From Chiloscyllium plagiosum (taxonomy: Eukaryota): 64,000 bases of DNA. Position numbers and translations under genes: made by a program. The notes under the pieces were generated by a model, which was not told where the DNA came from, ran no database searches, and was given only the letters and a program-made list of their open reading frames with translations. The stretch spans positions 91,059,353-91,123,352 of the forward strand of contig NC_057718.1 of assembly GCF_004010195.1 (NCBI RefSeq), written 5' to 3'. Of this stretch, positions 47,988 to 59,700 are shown one piece after another (position 1 is the first letter of the stretch; every line of letters begins with the position of its first letter).

Positions 47988-49210
47988 AGTCATAGAGCCA
48001 TACAGCACAGAAAAAGACACTTCAGTCTGACCAGTCCATACAGACCATTGTCCCACCTGTCTGCGTTTGGCTCATATCCCTCCAAACCTTTCCTATTCAT
48101 GAATTTATCCAAATGTCTTTTAAACATTGTAACTGTACTCAAATCCATCACTTATAGAGTCATAGAGATGTATGGCACGGAAACAAAACCTCCGGTCCAA
48201 CTCGTCGACGCCGACCAGATACTTAAACTAACCTTGTCCCATTTGTCAGCATTTGACACATATCCCTCTAAACCCTTCCTATTCATATACCCATCCAGAT
48301 GCCTTTTAAATATTGTAATTTATGTCTCCTCCACTTCCTCTGGCAGGTCATTCCATACACGCACCACCCTCTGTGTGAAAAAGTTGATCCTTAGATCCCT
48401 TTTAATCTTTCCCTCTCACCCTAAACCTATGCCCTCTAGTTCTGAACTCCACTACTCCTGGGAAAAGACCTTGTCTATTTCCCCTATCCACGTCCCTCAT
48501 GATTTTTTAAACCTCTTCTCTAGCAGTTCATTCCATACACAAATCACTTAGTGTAAAATAGTTGCCTCTCTTGTCCTTTTAAAATTTTACTCCTCTCAGC
48601 TTAAATTTATGAACCCTAGTCTTGAAATGCCCCACCCTAGAGAGTGGGATGGTGACTCAGTGGTTAGCACTGCTGCCTCACAGCGCCAGGAACCTGGGTT
48701 CAATTCCACTCTCGGGCAACATTCTGTGTGAGAGTTTGCACGTTCTCCCCATGTCTGTGCAGGTTTCCTCCGGGTGCTCTTGTTTCCTCCCACAGTCCAA
48801 AGATGTGCAGGTCAGGTGGATTGGCCATGTTAAATTACGGATAGTGTTCAGGGATATGTGGGTTAATCATGGGAAAAGCAGGGATAGGGTAGGGAGATGG
48901 GTCTGGGTGGGATGCTGTTTGGATCAGTGCGGACTAGTTGGGCCAAATGGCCTGTTTCCACACTGTTGGGATTCTCAGGAAAATACGCCTTAACTAAGGT
49001 TCTCATGACTTTCAAAACCTCAATGACACCCCTCAACCTCCTATGCTCCAGTGAAAAAAAGGTCCCAGCCTTTCCAGTCTATTTTTATATCTCAAACCCT
49101 CCATTCTCAACAACATTCCAGTAATGTTTTTTTGATCGCTCTCTAGTTTAATAATATCCTTCCTATAACAGGGCAACAAGATCCCCACACAGTGCTCCTG
49201 AAGAGGCCTC
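47988..49210 (-). mobile_element. Nested CR1 3' fragments (at least two copies) with an HE1 insertion
   Basis: Two CR1 tails (near 47990 and 48155) and the antisense RT C-terminus. Confidence 0.8.
48641..48975 (+). mobile_element. HE1-type SINE
   Basis: A-box, B-box (GGTTCAATTCC), core and tail. Confidence 0.82.
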
Positions 49211-50089
49211 AGCATTGAAGATTTGTGCTCCAGAATTCATTAGGAATAGAACTGCACTTTTTTCTGCCATGTAGGTTCTCAACAAGTTGGCATGGTGGGT
49301 GATGGGGGAAAGGGTGCCAAGTGGAATTGGGAACTTCCACTTGGCAAAGGGACATTAGAGGCTTCAGGGAATGGATAGTGAGGCATAGCTTGATGTGTGG
49401 ATTATATGGGGCCATGGGAGATCAGTACAGGGTTATAGGCTGGCATGGAGATTGAAGGGGTGAGAGCAGGAGTGTCTTATCATTTAATTTTTATTTTTTT
49501 TAAACTTTGAACATAAAGCTGAGTCCTGATTCACACTTTCCAGCTGACCTTCAGAACCTGCAGGCTCCTCTTTGTTCTGTGGGTGGTTCAGTCACAGTAA
49601 TCCGCTCTCTTTCCCCCCCCCCCGCCCTCCAATTACCCTAGACTGAAACTGTTTATAAAGGTCGGGTTTGTGGAGCTGGTATTTCTCCCACCTCTGTGCA
49701 CCCTTATCCAGATATGACGACTGGGGCCGTGGAGTCATTTAGCACAACAACTTTCATCATAACTTAATCAGTAGAAAGTTTCCAGGCAAGTATTACACTA
49801 AAACAGTTAAACAAAAATAAAAGTCTATGGAGGATGTGTTTAAAGAAACAGTCGGTCGTTCCGGGAAGTGGATGCCTTTGTTTGTCCAGCCATGGGCAAC
49901 ATGATGCTAAAACTTTGGTAAATCCTTCAGTGAATCTGGTAATGTGGCTGCATTGATTTCCTGTTCATTCTTGGTGCCATTTTGAGAAATTGTTGGCTGG
50001 TACTTCTCTGGAAAGTAACTCAGCCACATGCACGCAACTGGCTTACTGAAGTCCGACAGTGCGTGTTGTGAAGAAGTCATCATTTTATT

Positions 50090-50390
50090 AGAGTATAGAA
50101 CAGGAACAGGCCTTTCAGTCCACCATGTCTGTGCCGACAATGATGCCATTCGAAATTAATTGCAAATGCCTGCACATGGTCCATGTGCCTCTATTCTCTG
50201 CCTGTTCATGTGTCTGTCTAAATGCCTCTGAAATGTTGCTATTGTATCTGCTTCTAAAACCTCCCCTGGCAGTGTGTTCCAGGCACATACAGTGTGAAAA
50301 AAACAACTTGCCTCACATGTCTCCTTTAAAAGTACCCTTTCTCACTTTAAACCCACACCGCCTAGTATATGATATTTCCACTCTGGGAAA
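50090..50390 (-). mobile_element. CR1 3'-end fragment
   Basis: Antisense CR1 tail motifs. Confidence 0.7.
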
Positions 50391-51004
50391 AATACGCCAT
50401 CAATTATGGTCCACTGATTTACACATGTTAACAAAGCAACTCTCCCAGCAATAAAAACAAAAACCATTTAGTGATTCTATGTTGTGTACACGCTCTGAAA
50501 ATTTCAAGCAACTTTGCATAAGTTCAAAAAGTGCTCAGAAGATCAAAAAGGCTCCTGTTTTGGCTGTGTAGGAGAGAACACCACTTTTCACAATCTAAAA
50601 GACCATAAGAGACAGGAGTGGAAGTAAGGCCATTCGGCCCATCTTGTCCAATCTGACACTCAATCATGGCTGATGGGCCTTTCAACGCCACTTACCTGCA
50701 CTCTTCGCGTATCCCTTAATTCCTTTTAACCTGTTGACATCCCAAATATTGAAGTCAATTAATTATTTTGAAAGATAGTTAACCATGGCAAATACTGGAG
50801 CCAACTTGTTTGCAGTATTGTCCCGTAAACAGGAAGAAGATAAATGATTATTTAATCTGTTTTGACGATGTTCGTTGAGGGATCAAGATTGATCAGAGTA
50901 TCAGGGAAATGTCAAAACAATGACGGTGCATTTTCTCATCTGTAAAATGTTATATGTAGAATGAAATACTAAACTCTTGGTGCTGTACTGAAGTGTCTAC
51001 TTAA

Positions 51005-51345
51005 ATTACTGAATTGAATTGAATTAAATTTATTGTGATGTGTACCGGGGCACAGTGTAAAGCTTTGTCTTGCGAGCAATACAGGCAGATCACAGAGTTA
51101 AGTAGCATAGATAAGGAAATAATAGGTAAACAGCGGCAAAAACAGAAACACAGGTACAGGCGAATGTTAAGAGTTTGTGAGTCCATTCAGTATTCTAACA
51201 ACAGCAGGGTAGAAACTGTTTTGAAACCGGCTGGTGTGTTCAGGCTTCTGTACCTTCTCCCCAGTGGTAGAAGTTGTAGAAAAGCATTGCCAGGGTGGGA
51301 TGGATCTTTGAGAATGCTGTTGGCCTTTTCTTGACAGTGGGCCTG
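51005..51345 (-). mobile_element. LINE 3'-end fragment with a (TGAAT)n tail (non-CR1 family)
   Basis: TGAATTGAATTGAATTAAATTTATTG microsatellite end and antisense LPLGRRYRSL-like RT C-terminus. Confidence 0.55.
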
Positions 51346-51404
51346 AAATCCTGAAGGAATTCCAAGGCGGAAGTAATTTTCTGAGGCAAGTGATACAAGA
51401 AGCT

Positions 51405-51915
51405 CAAGAAGGAAGGATGTTGCTAGACTTGAAAGGGTTCAGAAAAGCTTTACAAGGATGTTGCCAGGGTTGGAGGATTTGAGCTACAGGGAGAGGCTGA
51501 ATAGGCTGGGGCTGTTTTCCCTGGAGCGTTGGATGCTGAGGGGTGACATTATAGAGGTTTATAAAATCACGAGGCATGGATAGGATAAATAGATAAAGTA
51601 TTTTCCCTTGGGGGAGGGGGGTACAGATCTAGAGGGCATAGGTTTAGGGTGAGAGGGAAAAATATAAAAGGGACATGAGGGGCAACTTTTTCACGCAGAG
51701 GGTGGTACGTGTATGGAATGAGCTGCCAGAGGAAGTGGTGGAGGCTGGTACAATTACAGCATTTAGAAGGCATCTGGATGGGTATATGAATAGGAAAGGT
51801 TTAGAAGGATATGGGCCGGGTGCTGGCAAATAAGACTAGATTAGGTTCGGATGTCTGGTCGGCATGGACAAGTTAGACCGAAGTGTCTGTTTCAGTGCTA
51901 TGACTTTATGACTAT
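51405..51915 (+). mobile_element. CR1 3' fragment
   Basis: RVQK.FTRMLPGLEDLSYRERLNRLGLFSLE...WNELPEEVVEAG and a TATGACT tail. Confidence 0.88.
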
Positions 51916-52039
51916 AAATGGAGAAACAGATTCAGCATCTGAGCTTTTATAGCATGCCTTAATACACCCGACAGCAGAGTTGTCTCCTTCACCATGTACA
52001 AAAGACAAAAGCTAAAGGAAACCAGTGGTTAGACATGGT

Positions 52040-53000
52040 GTGCAATGATGAGGAGTGCCAGCAGAAGGGGTTAATGGGAGAGCGGCTGTAGGAACCCTCA
52101 TTTCGGGCGATGTGCATGTCTGCGCATTCCCGTAGAAGTGTCAGGTACCTTCTCCCCCCCCACTCCCACCTGCCGCACAGGCTCAGTTTGCCTGTTCTGA
52201 GCTGCCTTTTCCTGCTGTGAGAAAAAGGGAGTGAATGAGTGAGGTGACAGCAGGTGGGAACAGCGGTCAGTGCTGGTGACAGTGGGGGACAGGTGGTGAG
52301 ATGTACAGTTCAGGTTGAGGAGCCAGCACAGGGGGCTTGTGGGGTTAGTGGTGTGACAGACTAGGAGGTGGCGGGCGAGAACGAGTGAGGAAAGATGTTG
52401 CAGGCAATAGTGAGAGGGGTGGAGCATACGTCTTTGTGGGAGATGAGTACATTAGCAGGCACAGAGCGAGAGTGAAGTTGCAAACAGAACAGCGTGGAAC
52501 TTGCCCTGACCAAGTGGTGAAGGTTGTTGACCTTCTTTCTGCATTGGTGACCGTTTCTCTGCCCCCCTGGGGTCAGCACTGACCTGGTTGGCAACCTCAG
52601 ACCAGTCTTCTAGCCTCCTACCCTCCAAGAAAAGGAACTCTACTCCTCTGGACCACCCTGTCCTCCGGGTCCCTGTCAGAGAGTTGTGGCGCCATCTTCC
52701 CCCTTCTCTAACATGTCCATCCTTGACCAAGCAGAGCAGTCTTGGAATACCAGCGCTCATCCAGGGACTTGGCAGCCATTTAAAGATGGCACAGGGAGTG
52801 TTAATGTATCAGTGGCAACCCACTGACTGGGGAGTTTGCGTGGGAGTGGCCTGTGGTAAAACAGGATTGGAAATGGATGTGAGCATCTCCACAGCGGCAT
52901 GGTGGCTAATTAATGAGGTGGGTTGGATTAAGATGCAGTGAGAAAATGCACTCAGTCTCACGATGAGAAGCCCTCCAAAGAAACCTGATACAACTTGGAC
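52040..53000 (-). mobile_element. PIF/Harbinger remnant (Myb/SANT-like gene fragment with intron)
   Basis: Minus strand MAPQLSDRDPE..VVQRS, WSEVANQVSA and RNGHQCRKKVNNL, then an intron-like segment and EKAAQNR. Confidence 0.65.
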
Positions 53001-54249
53001 TTAGACAAAAGAATGTACGATTCAGCCTTCCCGATGACTGTGTAAACGGCTTACCCAAAATCCATGCTTAATGACAGCTTCTTGTTGAGCTCATAGCAAG
53101 TGCTTTTTAATGACTCATTAAGAAATGCCACCCAGGTTCTTTGAAGCAGATGTGTTTGTATCTGCTTCCTTCATTTCTTTGGTTTGAGTCGGCCTATATT
53201 AAAAAGTCATGTTGAAAATTGATCCCAGTTATATGTGTTCCCTTTTCTGACATTTATTAAAAATAATGTATTAAAGCAGTGATATTGTTTTACCTACTGT
53301 TAAAGTCCATTTGCAAGTTATTTCTAACTGCCTATCTTATAATAATTGTCAGTTACTGAAGAGAATATGTGACAGCAGTTCTTGTTATCAGCATCAAAGA
53401 CTTGCAGTTCATATGTCACATCAAAGGATCATTGAATAATATTGTTCCCATTCTCAAAAATATTTGCATTCTGATAGGCTCCCTTCACTGTGCCAGTAAT
53501 GTGAGTAATTGTTATTTAGAGTCATACAACTCAGAAATAGACCCTTAGGTCCAATTCATCCGCGCTAATCAGACACCCCATTCATTAATACAAAAACAAC
53601 TTGCATTTATATGACACCTTTTAATGCAGATAAAGAATGGGCCAGTCATGTCAGAGAGGTGCTATTAAGAAAGCTACAATTGCCAAGTGCTAACGAGTTT
53701 TTCAAATAAAGCTTAATCAAAGAAAGAGCTTTTAAAGGGGTGCTCAAAATACAGTGAAACAGTGTTGAGTCAAATTCAATGACATTGATCTCCTGTTGTA
53801 TTGAAGCTGTCAGTCATTCTCAGAGCTGTAAAACAAATTCTGTTGTACAATGGCTGGAATAAATTGAAGTTCTGTGTTGGTGATTCTGGATTAGCTGAAC
53901 TTGTGTAAACTTGTCATATGACTGTGCTGACCATGCAGAACGGCATTTGTGCCACACAGAGCGCAAAGTCATGAAAGGTGGAAATTCCAGCAGAGTGGAC
54001 CATGGAAACTAATGCAGAGGTGGGAAATGAAGAAAGCAGGCACAATCGCATCTGCTCTATGGGACTAAGGAGGAAGCACTTGTAAATGCAGTCTCCTGTT
54101 TAACTGAGGAATCCTGTAACCCTGAAGCCGGCCCATTCTCTAGCCTTTGCTCTTAGCTGAAGCTAGAAAGCTCATAGAGATTTTTCAGCATAGCCCAGGG
54201 TTTCATGCTTCAGCCCCAAAAACTGAAAATGTGTTTGACTGTATTAATA

Positions 54250-54560
54250 GGGAACGTGACAGCCTAATGGTATTATCACTGGACTGCCAATGCAGAGAAC
54301 ATGGGAATGTTCTGAGGACCCAGGTTTGCCACGGCAAATAGTGGAACTTGAATTCAATAAAAAATCTAGAATTAAGACGCAATTGTTGGAAAAAACAGTC
54401 TGATTCATTGATGCCCTTTAGGGAAGGAAACTGCCATCTTACCTGGTCTGACCTGCAAGTGACTCAAGACAGCAATGTAGTTGACTTTTAACTGCCTTCT
54501 GGATGGGCAATAAATGCTGGCCTAGTCAGTGACTCCCCTATCCCGTGAATGAATAAAAAA
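54250..54560 (+). mobile_element. SINE of a second family sharing its tail with the 37380-38665 LINE family
   Basis: Degenerate tRNA-like head, central CCCTTTAGGGAAGGAAA...CTTACCTGGTCTG and tail GGGCAATAAATGCTGGCC...GAATGAATAAAAAA. Confidence 0.6.
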
Positions 54561-55589
54561 AGGACCATCCAAAGCAGTACTCTAACCACAGAACAATGAC
54601 TGTGCTTTTGCAACCTAACTCTCAACATTTTTCAATACCTTTTACGAGGTCAGGCTTATCTTAAGCAGAAAAGTTTTAGCAGGTGAAACCCATAATTTAT
54701 TGGAATTTGGAAGAATGAGGGGTTGCAGTGGTAGTGTCCCTACCCTTGGATTGGGAGGCCCAGGTTCAAGTCCCACCTGCTCCAGAGGCATGTAATAACA
54801 TCTCTGAACAGGACTTTTTTTTTAGAAAAAGAGAACGAGGGATATTTATAATGAAGTAGATAAGATTGTGAGGAGATAAGGCAGTGCAGATACCCAGATA
54901 ACGTTTCTTCTTTAAAGTGAAGTCCAAAATGAGGGGATGTATTTTAAGAATAAAACAGAGATGAGAATTTTTATTATCTTTCAAACAGTTGTTTGAGTAT
55001 GGAATTCCCTTTCGCAGAAGTTGGTGGAAGCTCAGTCTTTGAAATTACTCAAGGTCAAGTTAGATAGGTGTTTAGGTTGACAGGGAATCCAGGGCTTATG
55101 GGGTGCAAGAGAAAGCTGAGCTGAGACCAAAACAGCATCAGCATGATCATACTGAATGGCGGAACCAGCTTGAATGGCCAAATGGCCTACTCCTAACTTC
55201 TATGTTCCGATGGGACACTACTGAGCTCGGTAGAGGGTAGGCCAGGAGGTGGTTTATAAGGATCAGAGTTTTGAATTAAAGTCTCAATAAGGACTGGGTG
55301 ATGAATGACGGACTTGGGACTTCCGATTTACAAGAAGCCGTAAAAACTTTGAGCCTTAGCTATGTGGCACCAGGATCCTTCCAACAGATCTTAATTTCAC
55401 TGGGAGTACAGGATAGGATTCACATGCATGGGAAACCCCAATGCAGCAGGGCTATTTGAGTGCTCAGATCAAATAGGTCCTGTTTTTGGCTGGAGCAAGT
55501 TCTGCTGTTTGCTGTGTGAGATTTTCAATTGTTAAGAGATGCGAGTATGCATAAAAAGTGACTCAAACGCTTTAAGTGTCCTTACATAA

Positions 55590-56600
55590 AACTGGAAAAA
55601 TCACAAAACAAACTCAGCAGGTTAGCCGAGAGAGAAGCAGTTAAAATGTTTTATAGCTGTGGCCTTTCACCAGAGTGGTAAGAAACTTTTCGAGATGCGA
55701 TAGGTTTTGAGTAAGATGTGTGTGAGGCAAGGATGAAACAAAGGTCCACTGTAGGGTCAGAACCTGGAGACAGTGAAATGACAAAAATGTTCATCATACA
55801 GAGCCAAAAAGAGTGGGGATGGAGCAAGAAAAGAAACAGTTGTGTCTGAACAAGTGAGCTGCTAACTGAAAAATTAAAAAACTGGAACACGCAGAGAGAA
55901 GCAAACAAAATACGTGATGGAGTTGATGGTCTGAAATTGTTGAACTCATTATCAAGTCCAGAATGCTGTAAAGCATTAAATTGAAAGTTTATGTTAAGCC
56001 CTATTGGAGAATTAAAATGATAGGCCATTGGAAGCATAAGCTGTAAACATAATGAAGGGATTCCACAAAGCATCAGCCAATCTGCACTTTGCTTTCCCGG
56101 TGTAGAGATGACCACATTGTCAGCAGCAAATACAGGATGATAAATCGAAAGAAGTACATGTAAATCATATTGTTTCAGTTGAAAATAGTGTTCGGGGCCT
56201 TGGATGGTGAGGAGGCTGTGAGAAGCTATTTCTGCCAAGGCCGAGGTGAGATGTTTCCTGTCTCTATGCATCAGCCTTGGAAGTAGAAATCTGTTCACCT
56301 TGCTACTGATTAAGGGTATGGGCCGCAATGTTTTGGGTTTAAAGAGTGGAGAATGAAATTTGGCCAGGAAAGCATTGGAATGGTCACATTTGGAAGGTGA
56401 CAAAGGGTTTAAGCAACAAAAAGACAAGAGTCGGATCAAGATTTGGAAAAAGATGGTCTCCGTGATTGGTAGGTGGAATGGGACAACAAGATGAACCACA
56501 GTTGGTGTGCTGATTCGGAAGGTTAATGAGAGAGGAGGTGCAGCAGTCAGAATTACTGCTTGGAAGAAGCTAGCAATGTACATTTTCAGAAGTTGTTTGG
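55590..56600 (-). mobile_element. Old Penelope-like element remnant (GIY-YIG region plus terminus)
   Basis: IQGPEHYFQLKQ, MAYHFNSP and ALQHSGLDNEFNNFR match the PLE motifs at 345-1145 and 37606-38145. Confidence 0.7.
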
Positions 56601-57604
56601 AGAATGTCACAAAGCCCAACAGGAATTGACTTTTAGTGACTCTCCCTCAACAGTTTCTGTGACTAAAATGCACCAGTCCCTAATTTATCCTAATGATATA
56701 ATGTCGAAAAACAACATAATAAGTGTTTAACTGACCCTCAGATAGCCAATGCCTTGCTCTCTCTTTATCACGTATCTGTTAGAACTCAAATAGTATTGAA
56801 GGATAGGAGGCAGGAATGTAATTTTGTCTGCAAAAACCTTTATTTACAGGTTGTGTGTCGGGTACCTCCAACAAGGGCTCCTTATACTGCCTGCTTATTG
56901 AGATATTTTTAAGATTGCCCTATTCAGAGATGTTGATACCTCTAAAGCTGGTGGGACTGAACCTAGGCTTCCTGGTTTGGAGATAAGGACACTATCATCT
57001 GTTTGTATATACTATGTATATTGAGTACAGATGAGTCCCCAACCAAAACCTGAATTCAATTAACACACAATTGATATATAATCAAGGTTTGGGTTCAATT
57101 CCCACTTGTTCCAGAGGTATTTTATAACATTTCTGAACAGATTTATTAAAGATATCTATGCAATCAACAGATGTCCTTTTCTTGCTACTAAAACATAAAC
57201 TTTATTTGTCTCACATTTTTACAAAACTAGGCAACCCAACATTCTGGACAAAGAGGTGGCCCTCCTCCCACGACCCTAACAAACTTTCCATTTAGTAAAA
57301 CAATCTGGAAATTTCTTCCTTGAATCAATCCATTTAATTTTTGAGATTTCTTTTTGTCCCAACATTTGGTTCAACCTGGCAAGATCAAAGCACTACCTTT
57401 TCCCTTTCACACTTTCATTGTGGAATAATGAAGATATTACAGAATGACTATCTGAATAACATTCAATATTTTCAGTGCTCACATTGTACAGGATATAACT
57501 TCAGCTGTTTCCCAGATACAATCTCCAGATCCACTTCCTCCACAAGTGCCATTTTTCAGCAGCTAAAGTATATTTAACACCTAATTTTTGTCTATAGATT
57601 TTTG

Positions 57605-58170
57605 AGGGTAGGAGTTGGGACATTATGTTAAGGCTGTACAGGATGTTGGTAAGGCCACTCCTGGAGTACTGTATCCAGTTCTGATTTCTCTGTTATAGGA
57701 AGGATATTATTAAACTGGAGAGAGTTCAGAAAAGATTTACCAGGATGTTGCTGGGAATGAAAGATCTGAAGTATAAGGAGAGGCTGGATAGATTGGGACT
57801 CTTTTCTCAGGGATGTGAGAGGTTGAGGAGTGACCTTATAGAGATTTATAAAATCATGAGGGATATAGATAAGGTGAATGGCGTGTGTCATTTCCCTAGG
57901 GGGCATATTTTTAAGGTGAGAAGAGATGTGAAAAAGACATGAGGGGCAATTTCTTCACACAGAGAATGGTTTGCGTGTGGAATGAACATCCAGAGGAAGT
58001 GGTGGAGGCCGGTACAGTTAAAATATTTAAAAGATATTTGGCGAAGTTCATGAATAAGAAGTGTTTGGAGGGATATGGGCCAAGCGCAGGCAGGTGGGAC
58101 GAGTTTAATTTGGGAACATGGTTGGCACGGACTGATTGGACCAAATGATCTGTTTCCGTGCTGTATGAGT
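57605..58170 (+). mobile_element. CR1 3' fragment
   Basis: LVRPLLEYCIQF...LERVQKRFTRML...FTQRMVCVWNEHPEEVVEAG. Confidence 0.88.
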
Positions 58171-59259
58171 CGACTTTATTACCCAAGCTAAAGGGCAACA
58201 TTTCCCCATTTTCACATGTCAGAAATATTGTGAGACCAGCTAGAATAGAACACCAAAGAGGAAGGTTAACATGTGAAGCATCACTAAAGCTTCATGTTCT
58301 TAGGTTCATGTCCTTCAGTGACCCAAACTGCTCATTATTTAGCTGTAGATTTTCTGTTTTATTTTTCTTTCAACCATTCTCTACCTTGGAGTGTTTTATC
58401 AAAATACTTAACTTCAGCAGACCAAAACTAGGTTGCATATGCAAAGCTTACTAATTAAGCTTGGTAATATGTCTCTTTAAATAGAGCATCATGTTTCTGT
58501 GATGACCTATACAATTAACCAGGATGGGGATAGCAGCTTCTAAAAAGGGCTGTTAATTTGAAGTTATACTAAATCAATGTCTCTTGATCTCTAAACCAAC
58601 AGAGTTAAAAACCCCACAAGACTGACTCCCAATTTAAAATTCTACTCTAATCGCATTAATCACACAGGATGGAATTTTATAGACCCCTGAACATTGTGAG
58701 CTATGGTGAGGAATCTGGAAGAATCACATGAGGCATTTCTCATCATTCAGAGCAACTAGTTGCATTTTCCAACCAGGTTCCAGACTGTCAGAAATCTGTG
58801 GCATCATTTTCACATTTTCCGACATGTTCCTGAAATGCCCATGAGTGAGCCGGGTAGATTCAAAATTCTGGTGCTCGGCCAGATGCACAGTGGCCTTTTG
58901 ACAATGGCACAGCTGCAAGGAATGCTGGTCTTTCGGCAGCTTTCTGTTGAGCGCCAAATTGTTCCAGGAGCAACACATGGTAAGATGGGGCTGGAATGGG
59001 ACTTGACAGATGCAGAGGGTTAATGTGACTGGTTTGGTAAGAAACGACAAGAGAGTCATTAGGTCTCGTGCAAAACAGCCTCCAAGAAACTTGTCACAAC
59101 TTGAAATTAGCCAAAAATAACATGAGATTCAGCTCAGAGGGTTGTGAACCTTGGCCTATTTCGCAAAGGAAAATAAATAAAAATAAGGAGAATGTAAAAC
59201 AACCTCTGCTTACAGACAGACGAGGAGAGCAATAAAATAATTAAATGCACCTCTCCATG

Positions 59260-59700
59260 TTGTGCATGACACTATTTTCAGTAAAGTATATCTTCCCAAA
59301 CATTACCACACCCTGGATTCAGACCAAGGCACATCTGTTTAATCTCTACAGCTTTTCTTCTGCTTCTGCTGTCTCTGTATGTGGTTTCAGTAACATTTCC
59401 CTCTTTAAACGATTCCTTTCCAGATAAAAACCCCTTCATACTTATTGGCCTACACTCCCCTGAATATGTAGGCCAAAACATATTGAAGATCACTTTTCTA
59501 GCAGTGGGAGAGTCCACTCTAACTCTGTATCACCCACTATCTGATCGAACCCCCTAGCTACTAATCTTGCCTTAAGCTTATAAATACCAACTGCAAATAT
59601 TGTTTTCTGTACAAACTTAATTTTGCAACAGAGATGGTAAACCCTAACCCAACATTTTAGAACAAATTCCAAATTCTCTCCAAGTATCGAATCACTCATC
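59260..59700 (-). mobile_element. Ty1/Copia-type reverse transcriptase remnant
   Basis: Minus strand YKLKARLVARGFDQ (59547-59573), then VDSPTARK, ECRPISMKGFLSG (degenerate D.K.AFL.G) and REMLLKPHTE...EKL*RLNRC, in the Copia RT motif order. Confidence 0.72.

Noticed and set aside
55651..56619. 322-aa ORF as a novel or domesticated gene
   Set aside because: Penelope motifs appear only in patches and the YIG core is out of frame, so this is most likely a chance open frame across a decayed element.
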